Numbered from the stretch's first letter, positions 23,864 to 37,961 are shown. The stretch: DNA of 64,000 nt from Antedon mediterranea (GCF_964355755.1 NC_092679.1:14491432-14555431), one strand, 5' to 3'. Notes: generated from the sequence alone by a model not told the origin. Program-made: numbers and translations.

Positions 23864-23957
23864 TGAACATTATCGAGGCCCAGAACAGCAGCCTGACACT
23901 CGGCAAAACCTTCCATTCCAAATTTACTTGCAGAATAAATGTCGTGGTATGGCATTC
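23864..23957 (-). CDS. RDH8-like: RDH8/HSD17B1-like SDR, coding exon 4
   Basis: GMPYHDIYSASKFGMEGFAE with catalytic YxxxK; 94 nt. Confidence 0.93.
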
Positions 23958-24356
23958 CTAAAATGTTAAAACTTAGTTAGTTCAACTGAATGGGTCGTTT
24001 CAAGTTTGGTGCATTGCCTACAACTTTATTTTCAGTTACGGTGTCGTCACAAACAGAAAAAGGTGCGCAGTCAGTCAGTATGTACGTAAGTTGCTAGCTC
24101 CGTCTCGTATTGGATTGTCATAAATATTACATCACAAAAGTTTGACTACGGATGTTCAGATAATGTATTTAGGTCTATATTTTAAGCATGAACGGCACGA
24201 CACAAATAAAAGTGGATGAAATGTCGGTACAGTACGGTATATTATTTGAATTTACGTTGATGTAACATACACTAATCTTTTTAGATGAGTACAAGATAAT
24301 CTAAATATCATTATTGGAATAACACTAAAATCTTAAATAAAAGTTAGCCTACTCAC

Positions 24357-24536
24357 CAATATAACCAGCTTGGCTTGATATTGCGATCAAATGGCCTGAT
24401 TTTTGTTTTTGCATAATTGGTATAATAAGTTGTGAAAGCAATATCGGACCAATTACATTGGTATCAAAAACACTTCGTATTGCCGCCTCGGATAGGGATT
24501 CAAGCAACGTAATGCACGGGATACCGGCGTTGTGAA
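24357..24536 (-). CDS. RDH8-like: RDH8/HSD17B1-like SDR, coding exon 3
   Basis: IHNAGI...VFDTNVIG...MQKQKSGHLIAISSQAGYI; 180 nt, phase 1-1. Confidence 0.92.
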
Positions 24537-25509
24537 CTAGTGGCGGTTGAAAAAGTATAACAGAATAAAATAGTATTAATACAGTAGCACAAATGATCTA
24601 ATATATATTTATTCTGTGCACGATGTCGATACTGGTTCCCTGGAGAGCATTGTACATTGTCACCATTTTAGAGAAAGTCTCATATCATCGTTTTTTCGTT
24701 GGTCGGTCGGTAAACACAAACTCAAATTTGCGCACGCGATTGCAGCTAGCTACGTATAATAATGTTTAGTTCATGGTCAGACTGACACAATGTTATAATG
24801 ATTTGCACTGGCCCGATACATTATATGACGTATACATAAGTATGTGTACACATTTAAGCCCTAAACAAATTAAGTATCCTCTATAATTGAAAAACCTGAA
24901 TTATTGGGAATACAATTGTAAGCCTAATTAAGAATAGCACGCAGCACACAAACTATAATATAAAAGTGAATCCCGGATCTGGAATAGAAATCAATATCCT
25001 TTGGGGCACAGCGTTTTTGAAAAATCATAATTTAGCATTGTTATTCTAATTAACGACATACTAGTGGCGTCTATCTATGGCTTGCTAAGGAAGTTATTTA
25101 ACAATAAATAGGTCAAGCTGAATAAAGAAGATATTTTTATATAATGCTAAATGAGAGTTACGCAAAGGTTAATTGTAAAACATAGGTAGCAAGCCCGTAG
25201 TTTAAGGGAGACTGGGGTGTAATATAGGGACTCTGGGACTCGGACAACATTGGAATGGGTGGCAGCCCCTTAAAAAATACAATCGATACAATACTACTGA
25301 AGAATGAGAAGATGAATATGTTACCTAATAACGACGAACAAAAAAAAACGTAAAAAATTGAAATCATTTAAGTTTTATTAGACAAGGTAAGTTGTGTTGA
25401 TAAGGAATAATTACAGTAATGATGACGTAAAACTTTTCAGAAGAGACCCCTGAAAAACAACAATAACGAACTGTTAGGCTTTTTTTTATAATAATAACGA
25501 ATAACTCAC

Positions 25510-25678
25510 TAACTATATCGATTGTTCCCTCTACCTTGACGATTTCATCTACAACTGGTTCAAATGTAGATACTTTGCAAACATCCAGTTCCCGTATGAA
25601 CAGGGTCTTGTTCAACGCGTCACCAGACTTGATTTCAAGATCTGCTTTCTTGGAAATGTTCCTCATAGTAGCGTAAAC
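25510..25678 (-). CDS. RDH8-like: RDH8/HSD17B1-like SDR, coding exon 2
   Basis: VYATMRN...LDVC...GTIDIV; AG acceptor and GTGAGT donor, 169 nt. Confidence 0.92.
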
Positions 25679-25899
25679 CTGCATAAAATAATTGTTTGTG
25701 TTTAACGATATTTTTTTAAAATTTGTTATTAATGTATGAGCAGGCCTAACGTAGACTAATTAAAACAGGGCCTACGCATGAAATAAAATGAAGTCTATCT
25801 TTTGCTGTAACTTTCTAATATAAATTTGAACCAGGGAGGTTTATACCTCTCTGTTTGAACACTGAAGTTTGAACATGCATTGCAATGCATACGTCTGAA

Positions 25900-26410
25900 T
25901 TGTACTTAAGTAAAATATCATAAATTAAAATTCAATATAAATCAATCTAACCTAATATAATAAGTTAAGTAAATTGCATCATAGTTAAGTAAAACTAGTT
26001 TCATTTAAGATTCATGTACATTTACACAAGTACTTACAGTAAATAAAATCAAAATAAACTTATATGAAATGTATTCAACATAATTGAATTTTACTAAAGT
26101 AGAATGTACAATATTTTACTTAAGTACCTACATTAAGTAAAATGCATTCTAGTAAGTCAAAACAGATGTAACTTAAGTGGAGTGTATTCAACATAAGTAA
26201 AATAGGTTGGATAGAATGTACATCATTTTACTTAAGTACTTAGACGTAAGTAAAATTAATTCCAGAAAAAAAAATGGGATGTATTTAAGTAAAATTCATT
26301 TCAGATAAGTTGACTTTGTACAGTACAGTATTACTTAAGTAAAATGCATTATAGTTACCATGGTAACATAATTCTACTTGACTTGAATTAAATTTTACTT
26401 AAGTGGAATT
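25900..26410. repeat. Degenerate AT-rich array of (TA)CTTAAGTAAAAT motifs in SDR intron 1
   Basis: The motif recurs about ten times in both orientations. Confidence 0.45.
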
Positions 26411-26683
26411 TACAATATTTTACCTTCCAGAGGTAAAATGTTATAATATATTCTACCGGACCTGTTGATATTCTGTGACGTCGGCTAGATAATTTTTTTT
26501 TCGTTAACAAATTATATCCAAAAGCTGACACTAAAAGAAAGGTCAGAGACCCGTAACAGATTGCATTGTCATCATACAATATGTAGATTTGAACAGGTAG
26601 TATTAATAACAGGCAGTGCTGTGTTTTCACGTTCTGAATAAAGTGCCCTGTGTGTTTTATGCCTTTAATAATAATTGTAATAC

Positions 26684-26779
26684 CTTGAATTTTGGTTCAG
26701 GTAAGGTTGCCAAGTGCAGGGCTGTCGTAAGGCCTATGCCTGATGAACATCCCGTGATAAGAACAGAACGAGTTGCCAT
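26684..26779 (-). CDS. RDH8-like: Classical SDR, RDH8/HSD17B1-like, coding exon 1
   Basis: MATRSVLITGCSSGIGLTTALHLATLPEPKFK with the TGxxxGxG Rossmann motif; GT donor, phase 0. Confidence 0.92.
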
Positions 26780-29700
26780 ATTGAAATCTATAATAAACAA
26801 ACACACAATTCTTTGAATGAAGGTAATTATCAATCAATCTATCAATCAATACAATGTTATTTATAAATATGCCTATATGGATTAACAACCCTCATCGATG
26901 GAAAGCCAAACGGGCCTCACCACTTAGACCTACTAAAGACTTACCACTTGAAAAAGTGACAAGACCTGTTTGAATGTATGTTAAACAACATTATCAGTTA
27001 TCAAGTCAGCAATATCAAACGTAGTAGGCAAAAAAAAATGAATATTTGTGTATAGTGCCAAGCAAAATGTGTGGAGTTTGTTCAACCACAAACTCGACAA
27101 CACAGCCTCAAACACGGTGAGAAACGATACAGTAACTCATTGCTTGGTATATAAGGTCCAGTCAAATCTCGTGCAAATTTGACTACAGAAAACGCAATTA
27201 TAGATAGGCATATTCGTCTTTGATTCAGCTCATATACCGCCATACGCTTTTTTTTCGCGTCACACGTAAACAGCAATTGCCGCACGCGACGTGCTGTGAG
27301 TAAACGTGATCTATAGAGGTAGTAGGGTGCCTTAAGGGAGAAAAAGGCCAGAATCGTTACACTGATGACAAAGTTTTCAAATTTTGCTTAATTTTCACTT
27401 GGGCATATAGACTCGAGAATCACTGTAGCCAAAATTCTTACCCTAAGGCATGACAATGACAATGACAATGATTCTTTATTTCTTTATCGACCCTTTTTCA
27501 GGGTATGAAAGAACATTCTTTCAATATAATACAAAAACAAACTAAACACTTTCAGACATAAATAGTTCTTATACATAAATGACATATCGAAAAGCAACAT
27601 CTACTAAAACAAATACAAAATGTCATGAATTTAGCTAAGTTTGATAGCTTTTTTTGGATCTGGCATTAAGTAATTGGTGCCAAAACTGGCATAATTATGC
27701 TATCTGGCATTATTTGACTTATCTGGCATCTAGCATTTATGCTAGGCATCATTTTAGAAAATCTGGCATAATTTGGAAAAAAACAATTTTAGAAAATCTG
27801 GCATAATAATCTGAAAAACACAATTCTACAGCATAATTATTTTACCGCACCTTTCAGAAAAGAATCAATCGCATTATTTCAATCCTTTATATACGCTTGC
27901 TTTTATATATTTTATAAAACTAAATTCAACAATAAAACCAAAAAAAATCACAAAAATAGTATTACAGTACTTACCAATATTCTAAAGTGCAAAAAAATGA
28001 ACATAAAACGTCAACACCAACCATAAATAAACGCTTAACAGGAAGGATAGGTGCGACTCTTTACGGAAGTACCACAAGAAAATATTGCGAGATATTTTGT
28101 ACGTACGTCAGTGCAAACTGGGCGGCCCTGAATTCCCTCGTTAAATATTAAAGCTAATATTACCAACCACAGGTGGATTAAAATGGTACAGGTTACATAG
28201 CGATATCGATATGTATTATAGTTTGACAGTTATTCGTTCACAATACCACAACTTTCGAGGTCAGCAAAGTCGTATAAATTAATAGTGAATTGAGTATTTG
28301 TTGATGCGAATATTCCATTACTGGTTGTTGCAAGGGGCCTAAACAATAGGAAGAATACCCTATATGACCTTTAAAAGTAGGACAACACTGGTATTAGGCA
28401 TACACCTACCTATGCAATTATCCAAACTTATCTGCGATTATCAGAACCTTTCAAAGAAACACTAAAGTAGCTTCTTCCTCGGTGTTAACTGCACTAGTAG
28501 TACTGCATTCGTTCGCTAGAGTCGACCAGTTTGTACGCATGTGCAGTGCGAGAGGGTACTTAGACTGGTAAGATCACTAAGGAAATTCACTTTTTGAACG
28601 CCTTCATAATAATCTCGGTTATAAAAAGAATTTAATAGTAGGTGCATGCGAACAACATCCTGTTTTGTTTCGTTTGATTTGTAAGCTTTCGGTTTCTACT
28701 CGGAAATCACGTTCGTTTTACTTTCGGAGTTTTAAAAAACCCATTCAATTGTATCGCCGCATAATTGATATATAATCGAATCGCAGGGAAATTACCGAAC
28801 GATTAAGTTTTCAGATTTATTTACAGACATATTTTAGACGCAAACAAATGTTTCGGGTACGGGTACATGCTTTAAGCTTGGTTTGTAACGACATCGGCGC
28901 AAGGCAAGTGAGTTTACCAATCAAAAGCTACAGTTCGGATGATCCATCGTGTATTGATTACTTACAGCGTGCGACGATTATTACAATGTCCGACGTAACA
29001 TACGTCCTTGCGTTGAGTCCAAGTGAGACCCAAGCGTTAGAAGGACGACGCACAATGCAAGTTTCTAATTGGTCAGAAGTTTTGCCGCACTGTTGCTCAT
29101 TACAATTTGACCAATCACAAACAACAGTTCATAAGACCTCTCGCTTGTGATCGGCCAAATTCCATTTGCAAACTTTACCTAGACAGTGGTACACTGTTTT
29201 AATAGACATTGTTGACATTTAAACAATGTAATAAAACAATATTTTTAAATGTGGTATATTTTGTCTTCTTTAATCTGATCCTTCGGACACTAGTATATCT
29301 AAAACAGAGTGCCTTTTTAGCACAATTACAATGTTTGGAAGCAACCGCAGATTTGTGTTGCTGCACGAGGCATGGTTCGCACGGTTCTTACATTATAATC
29401 ACCCATGTTAATAATGATACAGTTCATGCATGTAGAAAATGCACCAACAGTGCAAATAATATTATTAATATTTGTAATTAAAATCGACCATGGTACATAG
29501 TAAAACGTTACTTTTCATTGGTGTTTTGTCTTTGGCAAAAGACAAACTACAATATTGGTTTCGGATCAGCCACGCTCAGCTGTGACGACAGAGGGCGCTA
29601 TTAAGCAATTTCCTAAAATCATTATTCGAACAGTGATGTGCAATTGAAAAAAATAAAATTTAGTGAATGCAATAATTATACGTTTTGTTTATAACGAAAT

Positions 29701-30008
29701 AATAAAAGAACAAAATAAAAAGATAAAAAAACGTGATAAATAATAGTGGGAATAGGTAGATAACGATAAAATAACTAATAACTCGTTCCTTCATTACTGT
29801 TCTTCAGCGGTAAAACAAAAAAACCTGTGTGCATCAACTGTTGTTTGACGCCAGGGGCGCACCATGGCTGATCCAAAAACAATTGGACGTGCAAAATGCG
29901 TATTTTACACATATATTCATTTACTACCACTGTGATAAACCCTAATGTCACAAAGTAATAGATATACCAGTACACTAACTGGTCATTAATATATCAACAT
30001 CTTTAGGT

Positions 30009-30194
30009 AACCGTGTCATTTACTGCAGTTACTGCAGTAATTGTTCAACAGTTACTGCAGTAGTAAGATTACCTAGTATCTTATAATTTAATTAAGATCC
30101 CACTATATCATGTTGTATAAATGTATTGTTATTAGCTACTAAACTTTCAAATATAACTGCAGTAACTGCAGTAACTGCATATATTGACACGGTT
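30009..30194. mobile_element. Small MITE with ACTGCAGT subrepeats
   Basis: TIR aaccgtgtca / tgacacggtt; a related decayed copy lies at ~42670-42860. Confidence 0.55.
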
Positions 30195-31359
30195 CTAATG
30201 GGTGGGGAGGTTTTGGACAATTGTTATTCATTTTTTTAGAAAATAACACAAATAAAATAATAGTAGACTAAATGCATTTCAACTCACAGTACATTATTTT
30301 GACTATGATGTAAATATACATGTTTTAGCAGTAAATTCTTAATAAAGCGGACTGTATGTACATATTGTTTACCTTCCCTTAAAAACAAAACAAAAAAACA
30401 GCAATATATATGATTTTTGTTTGTGACAAGCAGGAACGCTGTTCTACTATTTCCTAATCCCTGATAAAAAATACTAATTAGAAATTAGAAAATGGCCGAG
30501 GCGAACGGACGTAAAGTTCACACTACGTACGTACACACACGCAAACACAAGCATGTATTTGTATTTTACAGTTTATGCAATAGGTATTAACATAACTTGG
30601 TCCACTCACTTACAAATAAAACAATTGTGTGGTAGGGAGACAGACAGACAAGTATTTGGGTACCACCAACAGCATAAAACAAGTTAAAAAGACTAATTTA
30701 TTAATTTTATATATTTAAACTTAATATTGCCTAAATAAAAATATAATAAGTGCAGTATTTCATTAAGGAATTAACTATGGTTGCCCAATCGCCAATCTAT
30801 TTTAAACCCTTTAAACTAATCTTTGCCAAAATTTATTAACACTTGTTCAGGATTTAAAACTAATAAATAATGCAATTATTCTATACCACATTATTCAAAT
30901 AACAAAAACTTACCTGAAAAAAGTGTTATTATTTGCTGGCAAGAAATTTTGGATTACATTAAAGGGATTTTTACTCAGGGAAACCATCTAATTTTGGAAT
31001 AGAAAAGGGTATTGTTGTTTTCTTAAAATATGGGATAGTTTTATCCTAAACACAGCCCTTTAATACACAAACACCAATTAAAAAGATATTTTTAGAACCC
31101 CATATCTAAGTAGCATCATATCATTTACTCTTTATTTCTCATTGGAATATAGCAAACCTAAAATATTGCAGTTTGATTAACAGTCAATTTTTAATTGGGA
31201 AAGTCCACCAATGATTTGCTAATAGAACAAGCTCAAAATATATATTAGTCTATACTTTCAACAAATAAATAACTTTGTTAGATACATAAGCCAAACTGAA
31301 GTTTATAATTTAAAACACAGAAACTGTTCATACAACATAGATTGTAGGAAAATGGGTTT

Positions 31360-31655
31360 CACAGGTGTTCAAGTTACACCTGTACAGGTGACAGGTGTTC
31401 AAGATGAACCAGTACAGGTGTACGAGTTGCACCTGTACAGGTGTTAGAGTTGCACCAGTGAAGCTATTTGCGTTGCACCTGTACAGGTGGTAGGTGTTCA
31501 AGTTAAACCTGTACAGGTGACAGGTGTTCAAGATGAACCAGTACAGGTGTACGAGTTGCACCTGTACAGGTGAAAGCTACTCAAGTTGCACCTGTACAGG
31601 TGACAGGTACTTAAGTTGCACATGTACAGCTACTTAAGTTGCACATGTACAGTTG
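31360..31655. repeat. Minisatellite built on the palindrome ACCTGTACAGGT
   Basis: Repeated gttgcacctgtacaggtg units with longer duplicated blocks. Confidence 0.85.
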
Positions 31656-33600
31656 ATATTCATAGTTTCATGTAAATGTTATTTGTGAAAAGTGACATCT
31701 GATCACAAGGAAGTGACAACTAATATCTGATAAACTCACAAACTGTGTTATTTGTACAAGTCACATTTGAACACATGTAACAAAATGTCATTTGCATGCA
31801 AGTGACAATCTGTTCAAATGAAGGTCACAGTCATAAATGCTACTTGTAAAAATGTAATTTATTCAAGTGTCATCTGACCAAATCACACGTCCGTCACAAA
31901 TGCCACTTGCATACAAGTGACATCAATGTACAAGTGATCTTGTTGAAATGCATTGACACTGACAACAGTTGGAATAACATGCAAATGATGACAAACTGCA
32001 TCAGTTCCATATGCCACTTGTACAAATCTCATTTGCATACAAGTGTCATCAATGCCAGTGACAAATTACATACCAAACTAGTGACATTTGTACCCCAAAC
32101 ATCTGTACTGAATTTGGATCAATTACACTAATACATGATAAACTTGTAATAGTGAAACCTGGAAAATTTACATAATATGTAAATTTACAAATGTACAAGT
32201 CACACCCTCAAAGTAACAAATGTTAAGTGACAACAGCAGTAGCTGTGTGTTGTTTTTCTATACAGGTGAAATTTTGTTTTGAAAATGTTGTTAGTAGATA
32301 AACATTGTGTTTTGCAACTCCTACCAAGGACCAGAAGAACAGTACTTATTTTCAATCAAATGTAGACTGTATTTCAATCCCCATAGACTAAAATGTAGAT
32401 GCCATTCAATGGAACCTTAATATCATAGTCAGTACTACAATGTATTTTGTGAAACTAAAAACCTGTGCATTTTAAATAAATGATTTTATATACGAGCTTT
32501 CACGTTGGGTGTAAACAAGCTTGTTGAAATCTTCAAATATGTTTGTACTCATTACAATTGGAATCTATTAAACTCTGTAGCTTTTTTCTTGAAAAAATTG
32601 ATATGTCCATATAAGGCAATAAAGTCTTTATATTGACTTAATATGGTTATATCATGACTTTATATGGGTATATTATAACTTTATATGGGTGTAAACCTGA
32701 CTATATTATGGCATGAATGTATGTATTAATACCACACATGAACATATTATTACATGGACATATTACTGTATGACAATGGGGATATTATGGCTATATATGG
32801 ACATATCAGTTATTTGTGTGGTAGAGTCACACAGAAATAAAACTTCATAATATTTTCATATAAAATTAAAACTAAACCCATCTGTTGTAATTAACTCATT
32901 AAGTTTAGTGATCGATACATTTTCTCTCGCTTCCATGCATTTTACAAAACAGAAATTTAACCGTAATTGTAATTCTGCTGATTTGAATAAAAAAAATAAA
33001 TGATTTTGTTTAATCTCAAGGTAGCTTGCTAATCATGTTTTATTATATATTTACATATTGCAAATAGTTAGCATTGTCCATTTCCACCATATCCGAACAG
33101 AACTAAAATTAAGGAACTGTATTGTTAAAAATGGTAGCAGATTGGAGTATATCAATTGACGAGTCAAAACTTCTGTTTTGGAATTGATACTTGGCTTGGA
33201 TTGGACAATCTGTTTAAGAATCATCCAATCACCACATAAAAAAGTATCTTACACATATATGCGAGATAATTACCGATACTCATGAAACACTAATGCAAAA
33301 TAGAGGGCGACAAACAAGAAAATTATACAAAAAAAAAGTACAAAAAATGACATATAAGACTATTTGTATAGGAGATATCATATTAGGGTGTCAATACTAT
33401 TGAAACTTATTTCTTCATTTGGATTCGTCAGATTAGCTCTTCTTAGTTGGCTGGTCTTCTTGATTGGAAGCCATCCCGCTGGACTGTTATCGTTGATAGA
33501 TCACACATCCAAACTGATTATAACACCAGTTTATCAGTTGGGTAACTATAACCACTGTCCATACATACATACATACATACAACTGGTAATTGCAACAACT

Positions 33601-33940
33601 TTACAAGCACAATTCATTTGATATTTTTGATGCAATGTTTTTAAACGCAATAGACGTCCCCGATATCCGCTTGAAACGTACACCGTTGAGAGATAACCGG
33701 GGCAGTTTACACACCTCCATTTCCCATTGGATAAGGTTCTCACTCGAACCATCGCCATTAACGCAGAACACGAGAAATTTCTCTCGTTGTTCAAAGTCGA
33801 TATTCAAATGTTCAAGAACTCGTTGAATTTCCATCATAATCTGTTCTGGGTCTTTTGAACTGGTTGTTTTCATACTAAACGTGAATCGTAAAGATCTTGG
33901 CTTGACAGCGTCCTCTAGCCTTTCACGCTCACTGAATGAT
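33601..33940 (-). CDS. MARK: MARK/Par-1 kinase last exon (KA1 domain)
   Basis: [16 protein letters not shown]...[42 protein letters not shown]; AG acceptor at 33941-33942, phase 2. Confidence 0.97.
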
Positions 33941-35654
33941 CTACGCAACAAAGAATAGGCATGTATTATTGATACAGTATTATTCATATAAACAGTACTA
34001 TCACCAACATTATGACTTCTACTCAATAACGTATTCCCAATAATAGTAAGCTTTTTTTGGAGACAGTAGACGAAAGAGCATGTAAATTGATGGACCATGA
34101 CAAGTTGACTGTTCCACACCTATCATGGTCTATTAAATCACCATCTTCTCTGTCTACCATCCCAAAACGAAAGCTAACCAGTTACACTTGGTATTAATGT
34201 TAAAATTTCACTGCATAAATGTATGCATGCAAAATCTGTACCTACAGTAACTTTCAAAATTTATCAAGAATTTGGCACACCTAATCCTAATCAACTCCTT
34301 ATCGTAAAAAAAATATCATCATTTAAATAATCAGGCTCAAAATTATAGATTTTACCTTTATTTCAAAAGTTTTTGTTCATAATTTTATTGTTTTCAAAAA
34401 ATATATGCAATATCTAAACATAAATATGACTTTTTACATAGTAATTGAATATATTTATGAGCATTCTAGAGGAATAAAAAAGATTTGCAAACTGTTAAAT
34501 TATCTAGCTATATTAGACAGACAAATACAATTATATTATTTTCTTTAAAAATTACATAATTGCATCTAAAGAATATTATATAAATTAACAGAGAATTATA
34601 TTATTTATCTAAGTACTATTTCATAGATATACATATATATACACTCACGTTATTAAGACATTGTCCAGTAGCAGGAAAATAGCAGGAGAGATATAAAAAT
34701 ATAAAAAAAGAGAATGCAAATGGTAAAAATATACACTGAAAGCACACACATATATCATTAACTATAGCATGCGGTTAGTAGCAAATGTTGTTACATATTT
34801 CATAATCAGTTAAATAGCATTATGTGTGTAATTTATTGTATTATGGTTTAAAGACAGTGTTTGAAAAAAAATGAAATATAGTGTATATATTTATTAAGAA
34901 TTGATATATTTTCTCATTTCAGTGTGCAAGTAAAACTAAATGGCTTTATCCGATTTAAGGGAAACTATTTTTCCATGGTCACACAACAAAAAGATTATAG
35001 AATAGTAAAATAGGGTTTTATAGTCATTTTATTGAGCAAGAAACTATTTTTACAGCAAAAGAATAAAATAGTAAAATAGTGTTTGTATTTATTAGGCAGT
35101 TAAATATTTTACAATTTTAGAAACAAAAAAGATTATAGAATAGTAAAATACTATGTTTAAAATATCAAAATCTATTTTGTCAATTTAGTTTTTGTTTTAT
35201 TGTCTGATAAACACAATAGAAAGACTACAGAATAGTAAAATAGTGTATACTATTTAATAATAATTTATATTTTCTCATTTTATCAGCCATTCAGTATTAA
35301 TTTTATTAATTGTCTTATAAACACAATAGAAAAACTACAGAATGGTAAAATTAATATAGTATTTTAGGAATTCATATGATTTTTTTTTTCAGTGCGTCAG
35401 TGCAACACATTTTCAAAGGGTATGGAAAAACAAAATTATTTATTATAACAATTTAATGCATTGATTATTTTTTAGTTTATCTTTATTTTATTGTGTATTT
35501 AGGACTGGATGTGTTATGTGTGTGTGTTGCCAATGTATTGTTAGTATTTATGCAATAGTTTTCATATTAATTGTTTTATGCTTGAATGAATATAAAAAGC
35601 ATATATTGTAATTAATATGTTTATAATTAATGTTTAAATGGTGAATATTTATAT

Positions 35655-35800
35655 TGAGTAGAACCCCTCCATTTGGCCCCCCCTTTTAAGGGGACACTTT
35701 CTTGTGAAATGGAAGGAGATGTCTCCTATTCAGGAGACATTTCTATTAAGTGAGTTCTTTGATGTCCAAAAGATGTCCCCATAAGAGGAGTTCTACAGTG
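35655..35800. mobile_element. Decayed Tc1/mariner-pogo-type MITE
   Basis: gtagaacccctc...aaggggacac / gtcccc..aagaggagttctac inverted ends; related pieces near 51720-51940, 52755-52785 and 57510-57555. Confidence 0.45.
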
Positions 35801-36222
35801 TACCGATATGTGTTAAATGATGAGTTCTAAATAAAGAATGATAGAATTGAGTGTGTGATTATTACATGCATTGATGCTATACTGAAATGTCATTTTTATA
35901 ATTTCTAAAATACTAAATACAACAAATATATTCATTAAAATAATTAGATATGATAAATATACATATAAAATGAAATTATGGCATTGCATGCAGTAGTTAT
36001 CTTCATATTGTTAAATATGATAAAAAATCAAAGGATATTAGAACATACAGAAGCATATAAAGAAAAGAGAATTAATAAATGTGATTATTATTACACACTG
36101 CTATACACAAAACAAGTGATTCACAATTATAAAAATATATGATTAAACTGTGTCGAAGGTCATTCAAAAAAATGTAACTATTTTATAGTTATTATTATTT
36201 AAGATATGTAGTTGTATCTAAC

Positions 36223-36264
36223 CTGGATCTCATGCCCGCCATTGGGGCCATAACGGTGTTGCTA
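36223..36264 (-). CDS. MARK: MARK candidate 42-nt cassette exon
   Basis: ttacag|tagcaacacc...agatccag|gttaga; phase 2-2, SNTVMAPMAGMRS. Confidence 0.55.
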
Positions 36265-36515
36265 CTGTAATTTTACAGGAGTATGAAAAAAAAGCAGTTT
36301 GTAAAGTTATATATTTTTTTTTTCATAGGTAACTTTTAAAATTTAATATTAGATTATAACATTAAACAAGTTTTAATTTTAAAAAGTGTGATTATTAATA
36401 ATTAAAATAATTTTTGAAAAACGTAAATATATAATTTTTTTTATGGTTTAAAATCATTATATAACACTTTTTCATTTTGTTTATTTTTCATTTTATTTAC
36501 AATATCTGCTCCTTA

Positions 36516-37092
36516 TACCCCTTTCACACCAAAAGCAAAACTCCGGAGACACTCCGGAGACACCCCGGAGTTGACGTCCCGCTGTTTGGTGTGAAAGGTA
36601 AAATCAAGCAACTCCGGAGTTTAAAACTGCGGGGTTGAACAGCTGAACATTCTCCGGAGAGCGAACTCCGGGGACACCCCGGAGTTTTGGTGTGAAAGGT
36701 ACCAACATCAAACTCCGGAGTGTTTCGGGTCAAAAGGTCATCCTCACACGATCACTCATTGCTTTAGTTTTATTTCAAAATACTTTAAATATTTGTCAAA
36801 AATATATAGCGGGTCTAGAAAATAATAAGTAGTATCAATAAAATATTATATTACTTCTGAGACTTTTGAAAGTAATTATTAAATTAAACATATTATTAAT
36901 TAAAATGATTCTAATGATCGTCGCTATGTAAACAAACAAAATAGAGGGCGACATTTACAATTTTATTTTATAAACCCCGGAGTTGCTAGGTTGGTGTGAA
37001 AGGGGTATCTCCGGAGTTTCTCGACGTTTTGAATGGTCATAAACCCCGGGGTGTCTCCGGAGACACTCCGGAGTTTTGGTGTGAAAGGGGTA
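36516..37092. mobile_element. PIF/Harbinger-type MITE
   Basis: TIR TACCCCTTTCACACCAAAA, many CTCCGGAG subrepeats, TTA on both flanks. Confidence 0.9.
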
Positions 37093-37376
37093 TTATTAGG
37101 CTTCGAGTTGTAAAAAAAAGAAGTTAAAATAGCCAAACCTGATGGTCTAGAGGCATAATCAATCGCCAAGAAGATCAATTTAAACAGAGAAAAATTTGTG
37201 ATTTTGTTTGCAAGAATAATATTTAATAATGAATGTTTTCACTAAAAACAAAGATATAAAACACTTTTTAAATTTGACATGATAGCATTTAAATGACAAA
37301 ACAGCTGACTAGACCAGATTGAAACAATTCTAGAACTGACATGGCCACCAATGTTAACATTAGCAGTACACTCATA

Positions 37377-37899
37377 CAGGCCTTTGCACAAAAAATTTAA
37401 ATTGGAGGTGCCTAAACTGCACAGTATATGATATCATAAGGTATGCTATATCCATTTTATTCACATTAACCAGTTTTAGTATTATATATTTATAATAACA
37501 AGCATAGGTGGATTGAATAATAATGGACAAATGTTGTTTAGTAAATATTTACATTTTTGAGAATTCTACAAATCCTATGGTGGGCTTTTGGGCAAGCATA
37601 AAATCCTCAGAACAGGCTTTCGGGCAAACATAAAATTCTCAGGATGGGTTTTTGGGCAATGCTAAAAAAACCTTTGTAATGGGCTTTTGGGCAACCTTAA
37701 AATCCTCAGAATGGGCTTAAAATTGTCAAAATCCTCAACTTCATTCTCGTTGCATAGACTTCATGAAAGCTGACAACAAAATGTTATTTATAGAACCAAG
37801 CATAACTGAGAACAACTTGGCGATTACAAAAGCGACAATCAAACAACATATAGCAGTTTTAAGAAAAGGCGTAATTTTTCAGAAGTGTGTAAAGGCCTG
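37377..37899. mobile_element. TIR element (MITE)
   Basis: caggcctttgcaca / tgtgtaaaggcctg ends flanked by TA; internal gggcttttgggcaa repeats. Confidence 0.55.
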
Positions 37900-37961
37900 T
37901 AAATTTTACAACATTGCGTTTTCCGCTAAAGAATAAAATGTCCTGATATGGAATAATTTAC

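Noticed and set aside
33546-33826. Alternative-frame and antisense ORFs over the KA1 exon (likewise 23547, 39030, 51964)
   Set aside because: Shadows of real exons.
34643-34720. Possible MARK microexon (pyrimidine tract with TGC, then GTGAGT donor)
   Set aside because: No AG acceptor between tract and donor, and the likely frame contains TAA; would need a non-canonical acceptor or a sequence error.
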